A DNA stretch of 26,892 nt, taken from Octopus sinensis. Its lineage: Eukaryota. The position numbers and the translations under genes were made by a program. The stretch covers positions 1-26,892 of the forward strand of contig NW_021835585.1 in the NCBI RefSeq assembly GCF_006345805.1. The letters are read 5' to 3'. Every line of letters begins with the position of its first letter. Position 1 is the first letter of the stretch. The notes under the pieces were generated by a model. The model was not told the origin of the DNA. It did not search any database and saw only the letters and a list, made by a program, of their open reading frames with translations. This document shows positions 1 to 11,189 of the stretch, one piece after another.

Positions 1-329
1 ACACTGACACATACTTACACGTGCCCTTCCACCCTAACCTAGACAGGTTAATATCCACATACCTATTTACATAATCTCAGAAACAGTTCTTCCGAAATAA
101 GAAACCTAAAATATATATAAATCTTATAATAAGGCCGGTATTACGAGGATTTGTGGATGAGACAGAGTAGGGTTTGACATACCATGAGCGGATGAAGGGC
201 GTGAGGGGAGAGGGGTTGAGTGAGTAAAAGAGAATGGTGAGAATGAGGTGCTAACGTTGGCAGAGGAATTGGGAGGAGGTTTACTTAAAGAAACGCATTT
301 ATCTATTAAGGAAACAGAGATGTACTGGC

Positions 330-460
330 CTACACCTAGCTGCTTTTACTAGGTACTTGTCCTGCTAGAAACAGCAGTCAAATGTGCCCGACCTCACTGC
401 ATCAACGTTAAGGAAGAAAGAGTACATTAGATCATGTCTAGTATGTGTCTTGTTGTGGCT
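330..460 (-). repeat. Old interspersed repeat fragment (family D, 3' motif ATTTGRCTGCTATTTCTAGCAGG)
   Basis: CCTGCTAGAAACAGCAGTCAAAT at 361-383 is the reverse complement of the motif also seen on + at ~722-745, ~11325-11350 and ~24883-24905. Boundaries are approximate. Confidence 0.45.
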
Positions 461-579
461 AACCCCCTCCTATGGGGGAAAACCCCCTCCTATGGGGAAT
501 AGGCCGTGGTAAATATGAAACAAAAAACTTTAGATTACCCTATCATATATAGCACTTAAAAAGTCACAGTTCGACAGAC

Positions 580-772
580 TGGTCAACCCCAGGGGAGTAG
601 ACTCTGGATCACAAGAATTCTAAATGTGACCATCCCGTCTTTCTCTCCATTGCTAGAATCCCTAGACCGCATTACTCGATGGGTCCCATTTCATGACAGC
701 CCGAGTAAATTGTAACAAAGGTTTGGTTGCTATTTCTAGTAGGTCAAGTGACAGCATAGAGACTCATTGACT
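580..772 (+). repeat. Old interspersed repeat (family D)
   Basis: Starts near AACCCCAGG and ends GTTTGGTTGCTATTTCTAGTAGGTCAAGTGACAGCATAGAGACTCATTGA. The same layout appears at 11190-11378 and 24712-24922. Confidence 0.45.
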
Positions 773-964
773 TTCCAATCCTCGTTCTTCTCAATGAGCG
801 TTGATCGGGGGATATTGATCAACGCCAACTGACCACCGACTGACCACCAACTACAGTATTAATAGATAAACTGAAATACACGATCGGAATGGTGGGAGAC
901 GAACGCTGATGAGAGCCCTGAGACACTTTAAGAATATATTAGAGAGGTATTGCCAAATGAGAGT

Positions 965-1290
965 GCGTGTTTGTGTATATGTGTGTGTACTTGTGTGTGT
1001 GTGTGCGTGTGTGTGTGTACGTTTGTGTTTCCTTGTTTAACATGTATGTATCAAATTGCATTCTCGGGCGATATCCTTGGCCCAAATACACACACATATA
1101 AAGCCATACACGCATATATATATATATGTATGTATGTATATATATATATATATATATTATTATATATATATACATATGTGTGTGTGTGTGTGTGTGTGTG
1201 TATATACATTACTATATTATATATCCTACACCACACATACACACACTTACAGATTCACAGTACATGTGCAAACACACACGAACACACATG
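965..1290. repeat. Compound (TG)n/(TA)n/(CA)n microsatellite
   Basis: Read directly from the sequence. It explains the ORFs at 939-1395. Confidence 0.95.
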
Positions 1291-1395
1291 ACATATATAA
1301 TTTGCAAAAAAGATGCTCCGCATGAAATATATCAGTGCCTACAACTACGTAATTATGTGCATTATCATCATCATTATTATCATTATCGTTATTAA

Positions 1396-1576
1396 GGCTG
1401 CGAGCTGGCAGAATCATTAGCACGCCGGGCAAACTGCTTAGCGATATTTCGCCCGTCTTTACGTTCTGAGTTCAAATTCTGCTAAAGTCAACTTTGCCTT
1501 TCATCCTTTCGGGGTCGATAAATTATATATTATATATATACGTATATACTATCATATATATACGTATCCATTTATT

Positions 1577-1612
<36 letters not shown>

Positions 1613-1716
1613 ATATATATATAATATCATATATTTTCTCACTGGGGTCAACCTAATCGATTGCTCTCCCACCTCCACAAAACTTTCGGGCCTTGTACCT
1701 AGAGTAGAAAAGATTG
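1396..1716 (+). mobile_element. tRNA-derived SINE, family A (tail type 1), split by a (TA)n tract
   Basis: GGCTGCGAGCTGGCAGAATC head, B-box-like GAGTTCAAATTC and core GCCTTTCATCCTTTCGGGGTCGATAAATTA. A TA-rich tract follows at ~1525-1640, then the element resumes at ACTGGGGTC and ends TAGAAAAGATT. Confidence 0.9.
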
Positions 1717-1733
1717 TCATCGTTGTTGCTATG

Positions 1734-1990
1734 ATTATTATTATTATTATTATTATTATTGCCTTTGCACAGCTTCTAACGGTGTCAGTTGTTCACTACC
1801 TGTGAACTAAGGTAACACCCCTTATTTTTCGAGCACCTTCGTAGTATTCGAGCGGTTCCAAGTAGTGCTGTCTTCAGCAAGTGCACCACCCTTATTGCAG
1901 CCTCTATGTGTTCCATGTACTTCTCGAGATTTTTGCTCACTATTCCCAGGGCTCCGACAATTATTGGTACTACTACCACCTTTCCCAAGC
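1734..1990 (-). mobile_element. 5'-truncated 3' end of an R4/Dong-like non-LTR retrotransposon (C-terminus of ORF, 3' UTR, (AAT)n tail)
   Basis: The minus-strand translation KVVVVPIIVGALGIVSKNLEKYMEHIEAAIRVVHLLKTALLGTARILRR matches the typical C-terminal motif of R4/Dong-clade ORFs (VPxxxGALG...LxKxALLGTARILR). It is followed by a short UTR and an (AAT)n tail at 1734-1760. Confidence 0.8.
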
Positions 1991-2119
1991 TAACCTGTCA
2001 TATCTCTCGACTTTTCTTTCTTCTTTATCGCATACCTTGTTGTCAGCTGGGCATACTATATCTATGATCCAGCATATTTTGTTTTCTTTCTCAATTAAGA
2101 CTATGTCTTCTTCTTCTTA

Positions 2120-2240
2120 TATTATTATTATCATTATTATTATTATTATCATCATCGTCATTAATCATTACTATATTATTATCATCATCGTCATCATTAT
2201 CATTATTATTATTATATTATCACATCGTCATCATCATCAT

Positions 2241-2278
<38 letters not shown>

Positions 2279-2310
2279 TATTATTATTATTGTTATTATT
2301 ATTGTTATTA
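2120..2310. repeat. (ATT)n/(ATC)n trinucleotide microsatellite
   Basis: Read directly from the sequence. Confidence 0.95.
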
Positions 2311-2599
2311 TTTACTGCGGATGCATGTACATATTTGTTTAAAACTCGCTCCAGAAAAAAAAAAACTGTACTAATCGAAATAAAGTTTAAACAAAAATTC
2401 TTGCTACTTGCTACAACTTGGTGTCTCGCTTCGCAGATGTTGACTAAAGAAAATAATGGATTTGTGTTATATTTTGGTGAAAATTTGTTTTTGCTTTTTT
2501 TTTAATTCTTCATTTTTTTTTTCTTCTAATAAAATAAATGCCTTGAAGCTTTCGAAGTATGCATCCAATAAAATCTCTGAAAATGTGTAAAATGTATAT

Positions 2600-3890
2600 T
2601 TTGCAGACAGAAATAAACCGAAAGTGGGTACAGATTTATTGTAGCGAAAAATATTTAAGAGCCGTCGAACTGAAAGGCAAGACAAACATTTTAACGCCAC
2701 CGAGTTGAAATCTTGGCAACAGCAGCTGCAGGTATGTTCGAAGTGCTTCGGGTTGTAAAAGACTGGCAGGCATGATTTATTTTACCTGCTTTCTTTCCAA
2801 CAGTCAGATCTCTTGATATGGAACGTTTCCCAGAAAGTCGAAAGCAAGGAACGTTTATACACTGAACTGGAGTCAACCCTCCCCAATCGATTATTGAGGC
2901 CCATTAGGACCTGTGATTGGGAAACAACAATTTAACTATCTTGCAAGGAACGAAACGGTATCTTATCCCATCCAAAGATGAGATTAAGGCACTTCTGGCA
3001 GATCTTTTAAGTGAAATATTGCTCACTGGGAGATGGAGGGCATATGGGACTACAAGTGTCAGCTTTAAAATGGAGGGTGTTGGAAAATCGCAAACCCAAG
3101 CAGTCCGCAATTTAGTTGCTCATAACTGGTTACGTAGTGTTTGTAAAAGAGGAGCCCAAGAGCCACTCCCAGGATCGTCGGTTACGGTATCGACCTCTTG
3201 CTAGTGGTTATCTTTGTAGTACAATATAGGCCTGCTGTAATTGCTGATGTAATATTTGTTGGTATGTGGTAAGATGAGATCACCATGGACATCTATGTCC
3301 GCACGACGACGCAAGACACAAAACTCTAAAACAGTATCCTTGGTGACCTAGTTGTTACACATGCCGCATCATAAGCCATCTAAAAGCTTACTACAAAGAT
3401 AGACTAAAAGAACAAAACCAACAAATCATGGAGGTTGTTTGTCCTAAATGAACCCCGACGCAACTTGTCGTTTGGCAATAAATTTTCACGTCTTCATAAC
3501 CAGGAAACCAAAATGCCAAGAAACCAAACAGTCCTTTCTCGAACTCACAACTGGCAAAGGTAAGGAAAGGCGCCGTCAGCAATAACACCAACTAGTTCTA
3601 AACGACCAGGTTGTAATCCTTCTTAGCAACATTACTCCTGAATTTAGCAGGACGGAAACGAGAGGCCAACAGAGACAAACAGACTTTCTTTAAGAACCAC
3701 CAAGCGGGAAAAGTGAAAACGATGAAGAGGGAAATGGTATCACCTTTTGAATTGCAGTCAAAAAGACAGAATAATCCGTACAACTTCGTGAGTTTAGGAA
3801 ATGTTAAATTTCAACGAGTCAGACGACGTGAGGTCTCTCACGTCAAGTGTACACTGTGACCATGACCTTCTTGCAGAAGATCTTGGAATC
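2600..3890 (+). other. Unassigned ~1.3-kb non-repetitive, less AT-rich segment: possible heavily decayed LINE remnant or exon-containing sequence
   Basis: The + strand is A-rich and all frames contain stops. There are only faint LINE-like peptides (ERFPESRKQGTFI, RPIRTCDW, LLSEILLTGRW). A clean GT-AG 72-nt intron-like segment lies at 2732-2803. Confidence 0.25.
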
Positions 3891-3989
3891 GATTTTTATT
3901 TCCGGGTAAAATTTTGTATTTTAATTCATACAAACAATATATTGTTTTACAAACATATATTGTAAAATGTTTATCACCCTTTCTTTCAT

Positions 3990-4003
3990 CGCCATCATCA
4001 TCA

Positions 4004-4035
<32 letters not shown>

Positions 4036-4053
4036 GTTGTTGTTGTTGTTGTT
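3990..4053. repeat. (ATC)n(ATT)n(GTT)n compound microsatellite
   Basis: Read directly from the sequence. Confidence 0.95.
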
Positions 4054-4056
4054 GAA

Positions 4057-4288
4057 GGCGGCGAGCTGGCAGAATCGTTTGCAAGCTGGACGAAATGCTT
4101 AGCCCGTTATTTCGCCCGTCGCTACGTTCTGAGTTCAAATTCCGCCGGAGTCGACTTTGCCTTTCATCCTTTCGGGGTTGATAAATTAAGTACCAGTAAA
4201 AGCACTGGGGTCGATGCAATCGACTAGTCTCCTCCCGCCCCAAATTTCGGGACTTGTGCCAAACGTAGAAAGGATCAATATTATTATT
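4057..4288 (+). mobile_element. Full-length SINE, family A (tail type 1)
   Basis: GGCGGCGAGCTGGCAGAATCG...GAGTTCAAATTCC...GCCTTTCATCCTTTCGGGGTTGATAAATTAAGTACCAG...GTAGAAAGGAT, followed by an ATT tail. Confidence 0.92.
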
Positions 4289-4291
4289 AAA

Positions 4292-4426
4292 CCTACGAGT
4301 TAGCATAATCGTTAGAGCGTCGGAAAAATATTACAAGCATTTCCTCCGGCCCTTTATACGCTGAGTTCAAATCCAGCTGGAGTCAGCTTTGCACTTCACC
4401 CTTTCGATGTCGATAAAATAAGGTAC
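4292..4426 (+). mobile_element. Diverged, 3'-truncated SINE, family A
   Basis: CGAGTTAGCATAATCGTTAG...GCTGAGTTCAAATCC...CTTTGCACTTCACCCTTTCGATGTCGATAAAATAAGGTAC is a degenerate head plus core. Confidence 0.75.
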
Positions 4427-4734
4427 TTACTAACAGATTTCATACGTACACGTACATATATGAATATGTATATACATAGTTCAATTTGTCAACTCCACTA
4501 GAATGGACGAAAGCGCTATATAAGATATATGATATATGATATATGATGTATAAAAACATGTAATATATAAATAAATATAAAACCATCCGAATTTCTCAGT
4601 ACCTCATTTCTTCTAATATAAAATACCTGTACATCATCTCCAAACCTTCTAATGTATATACATATATTCACACATATACATATGTACATGCATGCATGCA
4701 TGCACACAATTACGTACACATCTAGAGAGAAAGA

Positions 4735-4790
4735 GAGTGAGTAAGTGAGTGAGTGAGTGAGTGAGTGAGTGAGTGAGTGAGTGAATGAGT
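4735..4790. repeat. (GAGT)n tetranucleotide microsatellite
   Basis: Read directly from the sequence. Confidence 0.95.
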
Positions 4791-5399
4791 GAAGAGGGTG
4801 GGAGAGAAGAGAAAGGGAAAAGGAGAAAAAGGTAAGAGAGTAATGGGATTTGAAATGTAAAAAGTACATGCTTCATAAATATATAAATTAGCCACTTTAA
4901 TTGTGAAAAGTAAAGAAAGTTTTTAAACCCCACAGTCTCCCTCTCTCTCTCTCACTCTCTTTCTCCCCCCTCTCTCTCTCCCTCTCTATGGGCAGCATAA
5001 ATTCATTGAGTTGGTGTAGTTAAAATTGTTAAAACTTCTTTACAGAAACAATAACAATTTCATGATCGTAAAGAGATTAATTTCGCATGGATATTTATAA
5101 CATAAGGAGAGAGAGAGAGAGCTAAAAACTGGTCATTCAAATTTTCACAACAGGGTATGCGCTGCAAACATGGACAAATTAATTAGTTAATAGTACATTG
5201 TATGGTGTATGTGTGCGTATGTGCTTGCGTGTGTGTGTGTGTGTCGGTAATTTGAGATGTGAATTATATTTATCTCATGAACATACGATTTAGCGTGGTT
5301 AAATTGTATGTTTATTAAAAATTTATAGCTTACATTTGAAAATTTCATGAAAACACTGAGTAATGTATAAGATTGTTAAATATAAATATACATAACAAC

Positions 5400-5558
5400 A
5401 CAAACACACACACACACACACAAAAAGACCTACACATGCACGCATATATATATTATATATACACATATACACATATATATATATTATGGGTATATTATAT
5501 ATTATATATATATGTATATATATATATATATATAGTATGTATATATATATATATATAT

Positions 5559-5595
<37 letters not shown>

Positions 5596-5765
5596 ACGCA
5601 TATAGATAAACCAAGCACACACACAAATAAAACACATACACATGCAGGTACAAACAGCATACATATATAGGTAAACATAATACTTACACACATACGTATA
5701 CATACACATGTAAATAAATATGTATATTCAAATAAATATATACATATATATAGATATACATACAT
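5400..5765. repeat. (CA)n/(TA)n low-complexity block
   Basis: Read directly from the sequence. Confidence 0.9.
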
Positions 5766-6289
5766 CGAACACAAACACGTTTACATTGAAATCATAGTCA
5801 AGTACTCCAAAAGCCATCAGTTACCAATATTTTCGATCAGTCTACGCTACACCAAACATAAGTGGGTGCGTCATTTAGGTTGATATATCTATCCAGGTCC
5901 ATTTACACATAATTGCACTTTCTTACATATACAACAAAACTCATACACACACACATACACACATAACATTATATGTCAGTCACAACATTCTTTGTAAACG
6001 CAAACGTAATATTGCGTGATATTCGAAATCCGACGAACACAAACTCCGGCACAACCTTAAATATATTTTAATAAATTGTTACATTAATACAGGTTTTGTG
6101 TATATAAATCTTACATAGATTAGCCTGCGCATACACATACATGCAGATACGAACACCACACATAACGCAAACACGTACGATACAGAGACCGAATGAAAAA
6201 AAATCTAACATTGATCAATATCTCTTACGCTGTTATAGAACAATTAACAGTTTATACTTATGTGAATGTACTTGTGATAACTTAAGTGC

Positions 6290-6396
6290 ACACACACGCA
6301 CGCATACACATAAATACACACATACATACATACACACACACACACATAAATACACACATACATACATACATACATATATTATATATATATATATAT

Positions 6397-6431
<35 letters not shown>

Positions 6432-6602
6432 CATATGTACATACATACAGATAGATAGATAGATAGATATAAGATAGATAGATAGATAGATAGATAGATG
6501 ATAGATAATAGATAGATAGATAGATAGATAGATGATATTCAAGCAGACAGACAGAAAGACAGACAGACGGGTAGATAGATAGACAGACAGACAGATAGAT
6601 AA

Positions 6603-6663
<61 letters not shown>

Positions 6664-6666
6664 TAA

Positions 6667-6720
<54 letters not shown>

Positions 6721-6760
6721 GGATGGATGGATGGATGGTTGGATGGATGGATGGATAGAT
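6290..6760. repeat. Compound CA/TACA/TA, then (GATA)n/(GACA)n/(GGAT)n array
   Basis: Read directly from the sequence. The GATA/GACA array spans ~6447-6720 and GGAT ~6720-6760. Confidence 0.95.
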
Positions 6761-6949
6761 GGGGTACGAAGCTAAAGTGTTTTAAGAATCCAGGATCCCA
6801 TTTGTGCTGGGGTGGGGCATACCAACTGCGCGTGCGCTCCAGTTTGAGTTTTTGATCACATTTACACCCAAGTCTCTGATATTTCACTCTAGCAGTAACA
6901 CTCCTGCATTCCTGGAGGAGGAGAATACAGCTGAATATATTCTTGCATA

Positions 6950-7125
6950 CACACATACACACACACATGCACAAACACACACAAGCACAGACACACACAT
7001 ACATACACACACACAAACACACACACATATATACATATATATATACTGTATATATACATAGATATATACTGTATATGTACACACATATGCATACATGGAT
7101 ATGTATACATATATAGATACATAGT
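6950..7125. repeat. (CA)n/(TA)n low-complexity block
   Basis: Read directly from the sequence. Confidence 0.9.
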
Positions 7126-7606
7126 TAAGTTTGCGTGCATATGGTGTAGAGAAAGAAAGGGGAAACAGACGGGCACACAGATATATGGAGATGCGTGTGT
7201 TTGATTTCTATGTTAGTTTAATTTCGGACCGAATGTTTAAACGTGTTCCTGCTTTGTGCAAACCTTTTCAGGAAGTGGATATTCTTTGCTATGCAAATAT
7301 CAAAGCTTAAACTTCCGCTCTTGAGTTTTTTTTCCGTGGAATATCAGTTAATACCATAATTACAAGATTTGTCTCCCAATCACCATATGTATTCAGATAT
7401 TTTACACTTTTTATTTGTTTGTTTCTAAGTGTCTAAAAGATGGAGTATAACCGTATTATCTTTCATTGAACTTCCCTTTGATTATGCCTATGTGGCGTTA
7501 TCTGCAACTCAAGTTTTGTTCTAAAGACACATCACCTTCGACGTGTATGCATATAAGTACTCACATATATAAACATACATTATATTGTGTGTGTGTGTAT
7601 GTATTT

Positions 7607-7638
<32 letters not shown>

Positions 7639-8246
7639 CTATATATATATATATTATTATATATTATAAATATATATATTCCTATGTGTTTAAATATACA
7701 CTGTATTTTATGAGTAATACATAGTCTTTGGACTAAATTTTTACACGCTAGGCCACTGGAAGTGAAAATTTCTATAAATTTCCATTTCCCTTCGATATGA
7801 TTAAGTATTGTAAGTTTTTGGGATAATTTTCGGATTTTAAAAGTTGGCATCTGTTTATTGCTGGCGGGGGGCTGCGTCTGCGCAGTAGATTTTGAAAAAA
7901 TTAGGACTTATAAACAAGAGGCATTTAGTTGTTCGCCTCGTGTTTTATATATTTAATCTAAGGTGTACCTGTTGAAGAAGATTTCACCCAGCGAATATTT
8001 ATTTGCTAAACTAAAATCAGAAACCAATTGGTCCAGGAAACTTGATGATAAAATGTTTTTATTTTATCCCTAATTTTGTGGTTATAGAACCTAGCGTTCT
8101 TTCTAGCGTGAGGAATCTCATGAGTGGATTCCTTATGTGTTTAAATGTACGCTATATTTTATATATACATACATATAGAAACATACATTATATTGTATGC
8201 ATATATATATATACATACATGCATATATAATATATATATATATATA

Positions 8247-8368
8247 TCACGTGATCACGTGAACCGACCAGACCATCAATGTTTGTTACACATCGCTGGT
8301 GACATGCGTTCGCATTGTTTTAGCCTTCGAATGACACCACCCCGCTGGCTAAGCGAGCAGGCCAATAT
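8247..8368 (-). mobile_element. Probable 5'-truncated 3' end of an interspersed repeat (SINE-like), ending in TCACGTGATCACGTGA
   Basis: A ~120-bp island of higher GC between (TA)n tracts. It resembles a repeat 3' end I recall from octopus DNA. It is single-copy in this window, so this is unverified. Confidence 0.4.
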
Positions 8369-8457
8369 ATATATATTATATATATATATATATATATAGG
8401 TAATCTTATCTTAAAGATAAGATTACTACACTAGTATAGCCCCACGCCAACCCAGGA

Positions 8458-8508
<51 letters not shown>

Positions 8509-9183
8509 CTATATATAACACATGTACACATATGTAAATGCATACATATGCATAAATGCATGCTTCCATATGTATATAGACATGCAGAGGGGCTGCGCTG
8601 TCCAGCGGCCCGTCCTTATTTGCTTTTATGCAACATGGTGTAGCCCGAAGAGTTGAGAGATTCTCAATTGTGTTTTGCAGTATTTTATAGATGTTACGCT
8701 TTATTCATACCTGTTGGTACAATGTTACAATGCAATAATATATCTTAACGATACGAATGTAGCGATACCGCATAATCCATTCATTTGTTTTTATCGCTTT
8801 CTTCGACTTTGGATATTTTTGGAGCTGCGGATTAACAAACTGTAGTGGACTTCCTCTCGATTTGTGCTTTACCACATAGCCATTAATGTAGTGTGCTTAA
8901 CTTGATATACGCCGATCTTAACTTATCCTCTTAAATCAATATACATGCAAATATATATATATATGTATATGTATATCAAGCTTATATACATATATAGTAA
9001 CAAATCTTTTTTTTTTTTTTTACAATTCACTTACCGATTTCCCGTCAATTTCTTGTACGAAGAAATATTCAGGTTATAATCTACAAACACTTATTCTTAC
9101 CGCTAACATACATTTATTTTTCTGTCTTTTCTTTTTCTCTCTTTTCCACTCTCTCCTTCTCTCTTCCCCCTCTCTCTCTCTCT

Positions 9184-9219
<36 letters not shown>

Positions 9220-9364
9220 GCACACACACATACAGATATATGTGTCTGTGCATACACATATGTATATACATGCCTTGTGAAAGACTACAAAATGAACATA
9301 TCATCCATGTGAAGATGTGTAGATGAAGATGAGATAATTGCTGAACACCTGAGGTGAAACAGTC

Positions 9365-10490
9365 GACATCACCGCCATCACCACCACCATCAAGAACAAC
9401 AACAACAACAAATTGTCTTGGACTCTGCCTATCACTAACGCCACACCAACAGAATCAATAGACCAAAGATATCACCCTCAAACTACCACCACCACCACAA
9501 CCACAACCATCACCACCATCGCCTCCACCGCTACCACCACCACCACCACTACTACCACCTTTACCATTACAACAGTGAATTTCTCACTTCGAAATTACCG
9601 CCGCCTCATAACTAACAGCAGCATCACCAACAACACCAACAACATCAACCTTCAACGATACTTGCATCATTACTATTGCCACAAAGAGCACTACCACCAG
9701 AACTGTAGCCTTTGACTACCTCACCACTCCTATTGCTGCCACCGATATCATCATGGACATCACCACCAACATTACCACTGCCGATGTCCCCATTATCACC
9801 ACCACCATCAGTGTTATCCTCTTCTTTCTCTTCATCCTCATCGTCGTTGTCATCGTCATCATCATCATCATCATCATCAGTGCCTTCACTATTATCAACA
9901 TCATCTTTATCATCGCGTTGCCGTCATCACATCATCATCATCATCATCATCATCATTGCCATCACCACTTTCACCAACATCATCTTTGTAACGGTCAGCA
10001 TCATCCCCACCACCACCACCACCACCACCACCATGCTGCCATCCTCATCTCCACCACAATCGTTACCATCTTTACCACCACCACCACCACCACCACCACC
10101 ACCGCCGCCGCCGCCACTCATCTTTATCATCACTGCTGCTACTATGACACCAACATCTACCAATTTACAGCGCCAGAACAGTCACTACTACCACGACCAC
10201 CACCTCAAACATAGCGCTGCAAGCATAATCAACGCCACCATCAATAACACCACCACCACCACCACCTTGACCCCCTATCCATACGTAACAGCCTTACACA
10301 TACCAGCTACCACTACAACGCCACCACTGCCACACTAGGCCCACCATACTATTGCTCCAAGTATAATCAACATCATTACTTCATCACCAACAACAACATC
10401 AACAGCAGTAGCAACAACAACAACCACAATTGAGACGATCACCACCACCACCACCACCACCACCACCGGTACCACAAGCAGTAGCAGCAA
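9365..10490. repeat. ~1.1-kb mosaic of ACC/ATC/AAC/ACT trinucleotide repeats
   Basis: Read directly from the sequence. It produces the poly-T/P/H/I/M ORFs at 9413-10338. Confidence 0.9.
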
Positions 10491-10888
10491 GCTCTGTCTT
10501 TGCCTGTCAACTGATTATGATGATAATAAACTTTAGGTGAGTCAGTTATTGGCCGTACAATAGATAAGGTTGGTGTAGGCTGTAATTAGTGCTAGGTCTT
10601 TTCTCTCTTCCTTTTTCACTTCGTCTCTCTCCTCTCTCTCTCTATTTATCTCTCTCTCTCTCTCGCCCTATCTATCAAGCTGTACATGTATGTATACATA
10701 TGTGTATTTGTGTCTGCATGAGTATATAAATATATAAATATATATATATATATATACATGCTTATATAAGTTTATATCTGCTTATATTTATATATATGTA
10801 AAAACACATCTTTATCCATCGACTTATATCATTGTTCTACTTATATATGTATGTATATAGATACATACATACATATATAAATGTTATA

Positions 10889-11015
10889 TTTCATCCTTTT
10901 TGGGGTCGATAAATTAAGTACCAGTTACACACTGGAGTCGATGTAATCGACTTAATACCTTTGTCTGTCCTTGTTTGTCCCCTCTATGTTTAGCCCCTTG
11001 TGGGTAATAAATAAA
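10889..11015 (+). mobile_element. 5'-truncated SINE, family A (tail type 3)
   Basis: Core TTTCATCCTTTTTGGGGTCGATAAATTAAGTACCAG, then tail TTTGTCTGTCCTTGTTTGTCCCCTCTATGTTTAGCCCCTTGTGGGTAATAAA, which is shared with 24436-24601. Confidence 0.85.
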
Positions 11016-11189
11016 TATATATTACATATATAGAATTAGACGGTAGTGGCGGCGAGGATAGTGTCACGGGGGATGGGGAGGGTGGTGGTGAGGGTGACGA
11101 TGAGAGCGAAGACAATGCGACAGCGACGGTAGTGCAGGCTTTGTGGTGGTGATGCTTTCGGTTGTATATCATACAACTGGGAGAGATCT

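Noticed and set aside
8247-8434. 188-bp non-autonomous Helitron (A|TC...hairpin-CTAG|T)
   Set aside because: The termini fit formally, but TC and CTAG are common in TA-rich DNA, the hairpin is AT-rich, and the 5' part looks more like the 3' end of a minus-strand repeat. I kept only the palindrome as an observation.
9413-10338. Mucin-like or His/Pro-rich protein from the 208-aa and 153-aa ORFs
   Set aside because: Overlapping ORFs occur in several frames on both strands with frame-switching triplet tracts, no signal peptide and no clear splice boundaries. This is typical of simple-repeat mosaics.
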